DNA of 64,000 nucleotides, taken from assembly GCA_028023455.1 (NCBI GenBank), contig JAQFVV010000001.1, forward strand, positions 11,594,001 through 11,658,000, written 5' to 3'. The notes beneath the pieces were generated by a model, which saw nothing but the letters and a program-made list of their open reading frames with translations, ran no database searches and had not been told where the DNA came from. Made by a program: the position numbers and the translations under genes. This document shows positions 1-12,871 of this stretch, one piece after another; the first letter of the stretch is position 1; each line of letters opens with the position of its first letter. This stretch comes from Epiperipatus broadwayi. Its lineage: Eukaryota > Animalia > Onychophora.

Positions 1-259
1 GATTTGCAGTTGACTTCAGTCAAGGAATTCGTTTTAGAATAAGTGTTTTCCAAATTCTCTTTATTTTCTAATATATCTTGTTTGATATTTTTCAAAAATT
101 TACTTTTTTCAGGTAAATTATCTTCTAAATTAACTTTTGAATTTTTTATATTACTGTCAAAATACTTATTGCTTTTTAAACTATGGTTAGAAATTTTTAA
201 ATTTTCTTTAGAATCTTGTTCTTTTTCTTTTGACATTGAAGCATTCTTTTTAAGAAAAT
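1..259 (-). CDS. Coding exon of a host gene (runs off the window edge); K/E/N/S-rich, low complexity
   Basis: Minus strand reads TTTTTTTATTGTTGTAG|AT TTT CTT AAA... (AG at 261-260). The frame is open to position 1: FLKKNASMSKEKEQDSKENLKISNHSLKSNKYFDSNIK...TEVNCK. The phase-1 start matches the phase-1 donor at 9965. Confidence 0.6.
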
Positions 260-3187
260 CTACAACAATAAAAAAATGCAAATTTGAATAACAAATATAA
301 ATATATATATATATTTTATATTACTATATTGTATAATAACCTAAAGTAGCTCACTTCAGGGTTCATATAGAATTTTTCCACAGAGAACAATGAAGAAGTT
401 ATTACTTAGCAGGCTAACCATATACCAGCTCACCAGGTAAGAAAATCTAGATACCTGTGTACTAACAAAAGTGAGATGCTAGATGGTCTAATTGGTACTT
501 GAGTAATTAAAAAAATCTTATAGTTATTTGGAAATCCACACTAAGTAAAAAAAATTCCAAGTTTCAGTCAGGTTTAAACTTTAAGGCATTTGCACTGCAG
601 ATGAGTGCACTAACATTAAACCAAAACTTTGGAATTAACTCTGCAGTGATCACTATACCAATATATATATATATTAGCTTATGCTATGATTGCCATAATG
701 AGTTTGCATATACTCAGGCTGTCAATCATGTCATAAACTAACTAGAGCTGTTATTCATTTATTAATATATTAAAAATTGTAGAATTCCAATTTTGTTTTA
801 TTATATATTACTTTATCTGATATTATATATTCATATAATAGTAGAAAATAATATATAACTACAATTCATATCAATAAAGTTCAAAGCCTCACAGAAATTT
901 ACATCTAGTGGAAGGTTTAAAAAATGAATTCTTATTGACTTTGTCTTGTGAATGTTAAATCAATTTTAATGTGACATTTATTCTTGTTATCATTGCTCTA
1001 AATTTATCTGCCGTGTAAGTTTTTGGACTGCAGTCAAAATAGCCTTAATCTGTCTTCTTGTCAGTTAGATTGAGTTTTTAAGAGACTTTGAACATTAATT
1101 ATATATGGCAATAGGACATCACTCATTTCCAATATATTTATATTTATAAACATAATGAAAAACTTTTTAGATGGAATATGGCATTCTTAGTAGAAAGCAA
1201 AATGCAACATTACAAGTTATACTTTTTGAGCTCATGAGTATGTGTGTTTAATCAAATATTTATAAGAGACATTAGTCAACTTATGTATATATATATATGC
1301 ATATTCTAACCAAGAATAGATATGCATGGAACTATGTAATATAATATATATTACATGGAATGAGACTGTTATAATATCGAGACTGTTAAAACAGTTGGCT
1401 AAGCTCAGTGGTTGGTTCATTAACTTATACCTAGCTTAAAGATATGCATTCCAATAAAGGAAGAAATTTTAAGGAAGTAATAAAATATATTATTATAAAA
1501 TAAATAACTCTATATGGGGAAGAAAGAAAAACTTCATTCTTTCCCAAGCAAGATTTTAAAAATAAAATATATTTCCCTCTATTACGACATATTCTCTGAG
1601 CTATAACATTTTGCACTTTAAGCAACATTTTCTGATAAATTCTTATGTTTTATCTAATATCCTACATAGCACATAATTATTTATTAATATGACCTGATTT
1701 ACTTTACTCTTATAGAGTATAATGGAAGGTATCTTTTTAATGGTACAATAAACTATAATGAATTTCTTCGGCCACCACTAAAGTTATAATTAGATAAATA
1801 GGTTAATAATTAATGAAGTAATAAACAATGGTCTCAGTGTTATATTGTTGTATTGTGTTGCCAAACCAATGACTTGCATCCTGATAGACTATAGAATACA
1901 TACACTTATCTTATAAGTTAATGTATCCTAATATGCTATAATAATTACAATTACAGAAACAAGTGTCTAATTTGAGTAATACTGATGTAAACAGTTATAT
2001 AAAATTTTGAATAATCATAATCCTTCACCCAGGATGTCATTTGAAATAATAGAAAGAAAGCGTACCTTTTATATCTTTCTACTACTCCTTAACAACACAA
2101 TAAAATAATTAATTTTAACGATACTTTTATGAATAAAATAATAGATAATATGCAGTCTTAAAGATGGATTACATAATCCATTGCAAAATTAAATCAATAT
2201 TTATTCTTTGAATTGCAATTCGAGCTTCGGAATTGACACATTTATGGAATGTTTTCTCATAAACATTAAGGTTTTGGAATTGCATGAGGACTGTTTATCT
2301 GATTGACGAAGATTCCCGACTCAAGAAAATTTTGCATATAGGAAAATAAAAACTAGATTTAAATAATTAACAAATACATTTATTAACAATAAATATAACA
2401 TAAATTATTTACAATCATATTTAGAAAGTTATATGTCAAACACAAGCGTTGTTACTATTTAGTAGGATGTTCTAATAATACATCTAGAATTGCTCCACTA
2501 ACAAATCATTAATTAAAATTCCATTTTCTTCCTTTTATTCATTATAATGAGTTCTATAAAACAAATATGAGTTAAATTAAAGACTTTTTTATATGTATTA
2601 TTATTATGCTTAATGTTTAATAATTATTTAATTTAGTCATATATTTTAATAAATTTTCAAAGTATCCTGAGTATGTATCTAATATAGATGTATGTGTACG
2701 CATGTTTATATGGTCTATGGAGTCTATAATTGGTTACGTATGCAAATATTAAATTGTCCCCACCTTTCTTGACTATATCTGTTAAGCTAAGCTATTATCT
2801 TCAGATAATAAAAATTTGAAAATTATTAATCGTATATTTCATTTATTTTTTATCACTTTTATATTATTCTGGTGTGCAAATTGAAAAAATGTGTACATGC
2901 ATGACAATTATTAAAATGTTATAAAATCATTTCAATATATATCTCACACTTTTACTATTTATTCTCTATCTTTACAAAAATCTGATTCATTGCAACAGTA
3001 AATAATCAATATTTTTTTGTGTGACACCCATCTATATCACTTGATATATTTACCAAGTCTTAGCTCCTAATTCCCTATTAAGAAATCCCCGAAATTTTTT
3101 TGGAGTAAGAATAACAAATAAAATTCATAATATAAATGAAGGCCACAATAAACCAATGATTCAATTTAATGTATACAATATTTTCTT

Positions 3188-3397
<210 letters not shown>

Positions 3398-6300
3398 CAT
3401 AGAGTTCAACAATTAATGTATGTAGTAGTATTTTTTGTACTACTTACAGTATATTATCTAATGTTCTTATATAGTATATAATTTTTTATAATCTTCAAGT
3501 ATTTTTCTTTAGTAGACTTATAAAAATTATAATAAAGTTGGGCAACCTGTTTAATTCCCTTGTAGGCATAATAGCCTTTGAGAGCCAAGATCCTGGAATG
3601 CCCCCACTGATTTTCTTCTGCTATTTCACATCATCTGCGTCCAAGTTGGCCTCAAAGATGAAGAGAAGAAAGTGTTTCCCGTTTTTTTTTTTATGATTTA
3701 TATATCTTTCCATTATTTTGTTCTTTAAAAAAATTAAATATATCCATCTATTTATTAAAAATAATCAATCTTAGTTCTCAATGATCAGCTCAATTGAAAC
3801 TGTAAGATAAGCATTCTAATAGTAATAAGAAAGGTGGGTTTGCTTAATTTTTTATAATTGTATCAATGTTTAAAGAATAAGTTAATATTACTTCTTTTGT
3901 TTTTTCAGGAGTATTTCAATCAATAAGGTAGTTATAGATATTGTACATGTATTATCAATTTAATTGCTTTAGATCGAACTTTGTAAATTTAGTTAGTATT
4001 CAATTTGCATTAATTAAATTTATTTTATCAGAAATATTTTCCATTTGACAAGTCTCTTTCATTCTTATTTTTATAAATTTTTATTTTTATAACGTATTTT
4101 AGACTGAAATATTTTTTAATTTATTCAAAGTCTATTTTATTCTTACTTTGAATTTAATCCCCCAAATAATTATTCTTTGATGTGTTTAGTATAAAAATTT
4201 CAATATTTAAATCATTTCTCTATTTTTTAATATGCGTGTTAGTCTCTAGATCGCTCGTTTTTAAATAATGATTCATTTATTCGATTGTTACTGTAATATT
4301 TTTAGCTTTAATATCAATCTCATTTTGATACCATATTAATGATTGTTTTTATCACATATTTTTAATTTTTATGACATTTCACTAAATTTTGTTAATTCTT
4401 CTATCCTAATCTATATTGCGTTGGATGTCAATTATTCTACAGAAATGTCTCAATTTTTATATAGATAGAATTTGTACAGAAGCACTGTGTTAGTAGTGGT
4501 GATCTCTCTTTTCATTCAATGTAAGCATAGAATTAATTAAACTTCACTTGCTTTATAACAATCTTTAACCAATTATAAGTGAGTTGTTACATTAAATAAT
4601 TACTGGACTGATTTCAAAGCTATATATCTATATAAATAACTTAACAAGGATTTAACATCTTAGCATTTTAAAATGTTGATAAAATTAGCTGTACAGTAAA
4701 ATCTGAATTAGATGAAAACTAGATGGATGCACTATGAGAGTTTTTCTATATAAATGCTAAAGTGATGCAAACTGTTTTCTCCTTAGATAAAGTCAGAGGT
4801 TTCCTTTCAAAAGCTATGTGGCCAAAAAACCCATTACCCAAGTTAAACATATACATTCTTAAAGGAATTATATATTGCAATCAATTCATCTAATTCTTAC
4901 TCCTTAATAATAAATTATTCTTCCAGTCATATTTTATTTATTTTTATTCTCCTATCCCACTATCCTATCCCACATTTACCATTTTCATTCTAAAGATCTA
5001 AACAAAGTATCATAAAATCTCTTTTTTTTCTATTTATTATTAAATTTCTAATACTTTTCACACCACAATGTACCTGATTCTCTTTCAACAATCTACATTT
5101 CAAAACTAAATGTTTGATATTCTCTCTGGTCTCAACATAAACTATGCCTATAGTTCAAATCCATAACTTGTTTTTGCCTTTTTCCTCTATTGTTGTATCA
5201 AATAATAATAACCTTCCTCTAGAATTATCATACATTCTTTTATAATTCATATATTTTTTATTCTTATATAACATCAAAATATTTTTTTTTTAATTTATCT
5301 TCATTTATAATTATACTTCTTCTTATGTAACTAATTTATCTATACCTTTCTGCATTCCTCATAACTGTGTACCTATAATAAATTGTCTACATATTCATAC
5401 CATTTTTATATAAAAAATTTAAATGGTTTATTGTTCAAGATTCCATAAAAAGTTCAAGCACCAGAATGGGTGAAATGAGTTGTAAACCATGGATTTTGAT
5501 CTCCAGAATTTTCCACTGTATCACTGTATTAAATCATGCAAAGCATTTCATATATAACAACAGAGAAATACCAACATATCATTTGATATTTTATCTTATT
5601 ATAATATTAAATAAATAAGAGCAGCTTTCAACTGTAACATGGTTCAGTAGTGGGGTTTAAAATACACTATTATCTGATATTCACTGATTAGTCAAGCTGA
5701 TAATAAATGATATTAAAGAGTCATTCTTTTTAAATGGTTTTTATTTAAGTCAGAATCTCTAATTGTTTCAATTAAATACTTTTATTTTAAGGTTTATTTG
5801 GATAACATTTTAAAATTGAGATTTAATATATTTATATTCAATAGAATGTGTTTAAATTTTGTACATTTCTTATAAATCACTGACTATGCAATATGATACT
5901 AAAATATTTTAGATAGGTTCTTAGTTTTTTAAATACAAAGATGGATAAAATTTCAAATATTTTGATATCAAATTTTGAAAACATTGATATTACTTCAATT
6001 GTTTTCAATAATGTGTGCAAGAGGGCAGTATATATATATATTGTAATGGTCAGAATTGTCTATCTCGCCAACACATTGCAGAATTCAAACCCCACACACG
6101 AAACTGAACACTCTAGGAGGAGTTTCCTTCTAGATATACTAAGTTCGAATCTAAAGTTTAAATTTCACAGCACCACCTACATGATAATGCATCTGATGCT
6201 ACTACTAGTATAACCTTTTACTGGTGCCTGGTGGTCAGGGAGAAACAAAAAGACACTATACTAAGATAAGTTTGGGTTGCTAATTAACATCTATGGATGT

Positions 6301-8739
6301 ACAAAAGAAATGTAGAAAATAGATATATAGACTGAGACAGTGATAGGAATCAATAAAATAAAAGATCAAAATTAGTTTTAAATGATTTCAGAGATTTATT
6401 TATATAGGAATATATATATATAATGCCACTGTCTGTTTATATAAGACAGGGACGCTTACTAAATAATTGTTGGCATTACATTCCATTAAATAACAAAAGG
6501 TTTTAAAGCAAAATTATATATTCTATCCCTCAGGCTAATAGTATTACGATAATGTGCTTAAAGAGATAGGAACATGTGTGAGGTGCTTTGAGTAAATATA
6601 AAAGTTTAATAAAATATTTGATATTATGGGTTATATAATATTTATTGATTTTGAGAATAGCATGGACAAAAGCTTACTATACGATAAAGTGGGGGTGTGA
6701 TCAAGGCATTTATTTTATAATAATAATTAAAGCAGATAGGAGGTCAGTATTGCTAATAATGAATTTATTAAAGGATGGAGGTTGTGATACATTTAAATCA
6801 TGGATGCTTTGTAAAAATAAATATATAAATAAAACAATAGTGAATATTTGGAGTGACTACAGAGGGCATCTCGCCGCTGACCCATAGGAATGTGGTGCCA
6901 CGGACAGCTGAAACTTAGCGACTGGGTGATGACTGTATTTAATTCCCAGGTGTGACATTTGATTACACACTCTGCCTGGGAAATACAGGAAACGAAAAGA
7001 GAATGGACTTGGCTGTTTAAAATCCTTGGAAAGAAAACAAAGTGGTCTCAACAACCAATTCATTTACCAGCAATACTAGACTAATGTATATAAAACATAC
7101 AAAATATGTTTACTTGGATTAAGAAAATGCCCAATCAAATTCCCAGAAATTTATTTAAAAGGGTCCGCACATTCTCGATGTCAATGATGAACTTGGAAAT
7201 TAAAGTAGAATACAGTATTTAAAATAGGAAAATGCATGCTTATGGGTTTGAAAAGAAAGCATAGGTTTATTTACGCAATCATGCATTTGGGACACATTTA
7301 ATCATTGACCTCGCACATACTCTCATATGAGGTTAAAATCAATAAAATGTAGATTTTAAACTATTTGATTAAATATATTAAAGAAGATTAGAATAGCCCT
7401 CGAATGAGTGATTTGTGAGATAATAAAATTGGGAATTATTTATATATTTAAAATAAGCCTTAAAGACTATTCTGACACATTATCATAATAAAATAAAAGA
7501 AAGATTAATAAATAGAAAATATTAACCCAAGGATAGAGAGCAGTGTTGATTATATGAGAACACGTTAAAAGAATACATAATGAAGTTAGGAGAATAAAAG
7601 AAAAACAATTTAAAATAGCTATAGCATGTTAGTTAGGAATCACAAGAGCTCTTGGGTTAATTTGGGGTTACCTCTGGAGAAGCATTTGAAGGTAGATTGA
7701 TGGTCGGCAGGTTTTATACAATTCAGCCGCAAAATTTGGAATTGTTCATATTTTTGGCAGCAGTTCTGGGTTCCTCATGTGATAGCTTTCAATGGTCTAG
7801 AGCAGGAGCTGGCCATTCCTAAAGGGAAATAGCCTTCTTGCCATTCTACTCAGTCATATCACGGTTAGCAATAGGTGTGGTAAACATGGTCAATTAATTT
7901 GGAGACGAAAACTCGGCTTCAAATTTAAGTTCGCAGGCATGTAGCTAAAAATCTCAGGAAAATATATTTTGAAGATTATTTTACTAGAATATTTTCACTA
8001 GATTCATTTCATTAGAAAATGACTAGAATCATTTCATTAGAAACACCAGAATGGAGAACAAAAGAAAACCCTCCTTTTTATAGTGGAATTGAACAATAAA
8101 CTGCCCTGGAGCATTACAAAAATATATCAGACCTTGCTTACTTATCAGCTGTAATTAAACCCATCCGAATGTCTAAAGGAATTCAACAAAATTTTAATTA
8201 ATTTCTATTGTTAATTTCCTTGTCGACATTCGAATTTCAAACTAGATTTAATTAAAATAACTTTTATTAATTAAAAGAAAACCTTAAGTGGACATCTGCT
8301 GTATATTTTAGATAAGCTTTTATAACATTAAATAATTAAACTATTGTTTCTACCAGCCCTCATTTATCTTAACAGAAATATTTGGCATGACTTTTAAATT
8401 CAAAAGAAAATTATTTTACTTTTTTAAATTGCAATATTTGAATCTATTTACTAAACGAATATGAGTTTTATTTTAAATCAAAATATATTACGACTGTAAT
8501 ATATTTTTGTAAATAGATTCAAACAAAATAATTTTAACTAACAATTTATAATTTTGACATAAGTTTTAAAATGCATATCATAGTGTGTGCGCAATTACAA
8601 CTTACATAACCTACTTTTTAAATAAATCTAAATTATGTGAACATATACATAATCCATAATATTTTATTTATTTGGGCATGAGTTATACTTATATATATAA
8701 TATGAGCATTGTACTCGTGGTTTAAAATTGGGCAGGATT

Positions 8740-9200
8740 TTCGGTATATAAGTGCATTGCAGACACACTACGATATATTGGGGTTCAAACTAAGGTATGA
8801 GGGTAGGAAATAGGTGAGAAAAGGTGAAACGAAGATCTGCAAAGCAGACCTTACTGTCTCAATATATATATAAAACTTTAGCTACAAAAGAATATACATG
8901 TAAATGGAAAAATATGGGTGATTTATTTTGTAAATTATGTAAGGAAGGAATAGAAAATATTAGGCATTTGTTAATTGAATGTAAATGTTTGAAAACAGAA
9001 AGGGTACATATAATGAAGTTGTGGAAAAATAAATATGAAAAGAGTGATTATACAGAAAGTGAATTATTGGTTTTTATGCTGGGTTTGGGAAAGGATAAGG
9101 GGGGGGTTAGATATAAAGGTTATAGAGTTGACAAAGATTATGTTGTGGAAATGGGATAGAGCAGATTATGGGTAAATTTAGAGTTGGGAATGTAAAATAA
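8740..9200 (+). mobile_element. Decayed 3' end of a non-LTR retrotransposon ORF2 (C-terminal CCHC zinc knuckle)
   Basis: ORF 8824-9159 contains CKLCKEGIENIRHLLIEC, i.e. CX2CX8HX4C, typical of LINE ORF2 C-termini. Stops occur upstream. Clade not assignable. Confidence 0.6.
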
Positions 9201-9964
9201 AGTGACTAACAGGTTTATCTGGGCATAATTGCTGAGATATTCTTGACTTCGTTTAAGGAGAAGCCATAATACATCACATCACATTACATTAGAAAGTATC
9301 TTAGCAATCTTTTAAAATTGAAATAAAAACAAATCTTGATTATAAAACTATATTGTAAATGACCTATATTTAATATGTAGTCACCTTAATGCTAAAACTG
9401 AAAAATAATATATACAAAAAATGTTATAATAAACGTTTTTATTATAACAAAATAATTGCTTCTAATTGGGCTTTTTATATTTAACTTGAAATAAAAGCAT
9501 TGGTGGTAGGGCTCCAAAAATTAACTAACTCAATCCCTATTTTTTATAACAAGGAATTGACTTAATTCATTTCTGAAGACACATGCCTTACACCCATTTA
9601 TTTAAAATTAAATACTGTATAGAACTTTCAATTGTGGTTGAAGAAATAATTATTTTTCATGTTTTTAATCCAAAATATTTTTTATAAAATATTTCTATAT
9701 CTATTATTGTTTTGTATAAATAATAAAAATAAATTATCTATTAATTTTGTCTATTATAAAATCTTTTTTGCCCAATTTCTTGCCATCTCTCCACAAAATC
9801 CTGCTAAACACTATTTTTATTAATCTATTTTCATTCATAAGAAAGTTTTAATACTGATATCTGTTGTTTATTTACTAATTCAAAGTTAATAGAATGATTA
9901 CAACTTAAAAGAAGTTGCTACATCAATGTTCATTACAGTAAAAGATATATAAAAAAAGAATTAC

Positions 9965-10847
9965 CTTTACTTTGCAAATGATTGATTTGTTCATTTTGTC
10001 TGGATAATTTAGCAATATTTTTAACACTGATTGTTGGAAATTGGTCACTCTTCCATGTATGCAGTTCTTTATCACTGCTTGATATAATTACAGATGTGCT
10101 TTTAAATGAATTGAACTGTTTTAATTCACTTACAAGAACAGGTGTTGAAGCAGTATTATTTTCTAGTTTATTTAAACTTCTGTGTAAATCATTAGCAAGA
10201 AGATTTTTCAGAGAACTATTATTATCTGGTTTATTGAAGCTACTTTCATCAATAGGATTTTCAATAATATTTCTGGGGCAATGGTTAATATCTTCATTTG
10301 AAATACTTAAATCAATAAGCGGAGCATTAGAACTTTTTTTATTTAATAATGACACTGAATTTAAATTGGATGAATTTACATGAATCAAAGGATGTGAGAT
10401 GTTTTTCACAATATGAAATATTTCTGAATTAAAAGGAGAAATTGTACAAACTGATTCTGTTTCTGTCTGAGTGTCTTTATCTGAAACTACAATTGCAGTC
10501 TGTGTTCCACAATGGTTGACTAGTTTAGAAACACCTTCAGTTTCATTAGCTAGTTTATTTTGATTTAGTTCATCATTTACATTAGTCTGAGTAGGTTTTT
10601 TATAGAATTCAAAGGATTTGTTGACCCTTTCAAAATTTTCAAATAAATTAAAAGATTCCTCTGGTACCATATTTGCATTTGATTTTTGAAATAAATCTGC
10701 ATTTTTTGATACAAGTTCAATTTTTTTCCTAAAAAATAGTCGATTTCGTTTTTTTACAGCTTTAGTTTTAGATATAGTCGGAATTTGAAGATTATTTTCA
10801 TTATTGCCAGCTTTAGATTCTTTAAAGTGTTTCCATAAAAGAGCCAT
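9965..10847 (-). CDS. Large (probably first) coding exon of a host gene; S/N/K-rich, likely disordered, with three TQT motifs
   Basis: About 294 open codons in very AT-rich DNA. ATG at 10847 has an in-frame stop just upstream. The exon ends at a donor AAA G|GTAATT (intron starts 9964) followed by T-rich sequence. No recognisable folded domain. Confidence 0.65.
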
Positions 10848-11199
10848 AATACTTTAATATTATCAAATTAGGCATTTTGTTAAACTATAAAATAAAATAA
10901 AAAATTAAATTAATATTTATATTAGGCTAATTCATATATTATAAATCTCACTTTAGTAAGATTATTAAGTTTCTAGTGCATATAACTCATGAAATGTTAA
11001 AATGAGGTTAATGATATATTAATTCTTTATATATATATATATATATTTAGCATCAAGAATCAAAAGCTATTTTATATCACATTATTTTTACTTAAATTAT
11101 ATTTAAAACACACACCATTTTCAATCATTGTCAATAATTATAAGATGAATGGTCACTTTAAATTTAATTCACTGCAATTCATTACCTTTTTTTTTTTTT

Positions 11200-12871
11200 T
11201 TGCATGTTTCTCTAACATACTTCCTAATCCCATTCATTTACCTTGTGTACGATCTCTTCCTAAGTCTTTTACAATCATTTAAATTCTAGTTTAAAATTTA
11301 TTATCATCCCTTCTAGTAACATGTTCAGTCCAACATCATACTCTAATATCAGTGATATCTCTTTGTTTTTTTTTTTGACTCATACTTTCCCAATGATATC
11401 TTCTTTCTAATCCTAAGATAAATTCTCCATAGTACATTGTTTTATATTACTCTTTTAGTAAATGTTCAAGTCTTAGATTCTTAATTAAATAGTGATAAAA
11501 CAGTTTTCTTAATAATGTTCTTTTCTACAAATATTACTCCATTGAAATTTAATTCTATGATTAATTTCATCTCTAATAATCTGATCAAAATATTTGTAGT
11601 CATTAACTTTTTATAATTTGTTTCAATCAACTTTTATTTTCATCATTATTCTAATATTTTTAGCATTTCACTTTTGTTGCTTTCATTTGATGGTTTTTAT
11701 AATATTTCTTGAAATCTCTGAAGCATTATTTGCAAAAAACAACATCTGCAAAATTGACAATTTAAACAATCTCTATTCATTTTTTATTTCTTTAGTTACC
11801 CAATATTAGTACTTCCCATAAAACCATAAAAAGTGATATATATCTTAATCAATATTAATCTTCTTAGTGTCATTATATAGTCTAATTATTGGTGTTGTAA
11901 TTTGATTTTTTTTTTAATTTGACACTATCAAAGGTCTACTTTAATATTCCAAAACTTTAATCACAACAGAAATACTTTTAAAGTTAAATATTTTTTCACA
12001 ATCTATAAATCCAATGCAAACAGCAACTCATGGCCATTAGTCTATTTAATGACTTCTATTAATATTTGTTGTGCTTTACTGTACTACAATCAATATTAAA
12101 TAGTTTGTTATTTTAGTTAGATTAAATCAAATGTTCTTTGAAGATAAGTTAGTAAATATGTTATATAAAACTAATAGATGACTGATTATAAGCTTTTAAT
12201 TTTTAATGTTTTCTTTTCTATTTTTTTTTTTAAATATCAATATTATAATTATTATAAGATTTAGTATAATGACAGATTAATGGATTTCGGAACTTTAGAT
12301 TCATGTTTCAACTTTGTCACCTCTAACGCATGAACTTCATTTGAACCATTTAGTTATTTTTTATTACAATTGCTTACTTCTTCTAATCTGATATGTTTTC
12401 ATTTTTTAAATGTTAGCCAATAATTTTTCTATTTATTCACCTTTTTAAAAATACCTGTAATACATTAATCATTTCCTGGGTTCTTTTCATTCTTCATATA
12501 TTTAAATGTATTTCTGGTCTCTTCATTTAAGTATTTGTATTTCAAAAGATGTTGTAACTGTAAGGGCTATGTTCATTATTAATATATAGTTCATTATAAA
12601 ATTCTTTCATCTACTTTATAATGACATATTTTTAATTAATAATAGTATCTTTTTTTTTAATATCAAGATGATTTAAGTTTTTGAGAGATTTATTCTTTGC
12701 TATTGCTTTCAATGTCATTCCACAGTAATATGTTAACATTATTATCACTTTGTCTTCTTATTTTACAGAATTCCATATATTCAGTTCTTCTATTTAGATT
12801 ATTTGAAAATATTTTCCCATGATCTTTTCCTTTTTTCAGATATCGCTTTGTCTTCATTAAAAATATAATGG
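11200..12871 (-). mobile_element. Old, heavily decayed RTE LINE, 3' portion (RT region), interrupted by the young RTE
   Basis: Colinear by eye with the young copy, e.g. 11545-11645 vs 13400-13510, 11700-11770 vs 13600-13680, 12660-12870 vs 14540-14730. Many indels and stops. Confidence 0.8.

Noticed and set aside
43-291. 82-aa plus-strand ORF
   Set aside because: Antisense shadow of the minus-strand exon at 1-259; F/L-rich and not protein-like.
384-436. Plus-strand exon-like segment (TTTTTCCACAG|...CAG|GTAAGA)
   Set aside because: Good-looking splice sites but only about 53 nt, no recognisable peptide, no partner exon, and antisense to the supported gene.
3540-3680. GC-richer island tested for HDV-like or hammerhead folds
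   Set aside because: A partial GGGCAAC/GTTGGCC pairing exists, but there is no P1.1/P3/J4-2 arrangement or hammerhead core. Probably an unidentified repeat fragment.
6840-7100. Possible RT thumb relic (RLGDDCI*FPGVTFDYTL)
   Set aside because: Only one weak motif; not enough to call a feature.
9982-10383. 133-aa plus-strand ORF
   Set aside because: Antisense shadow of the 9965-10847 exon.
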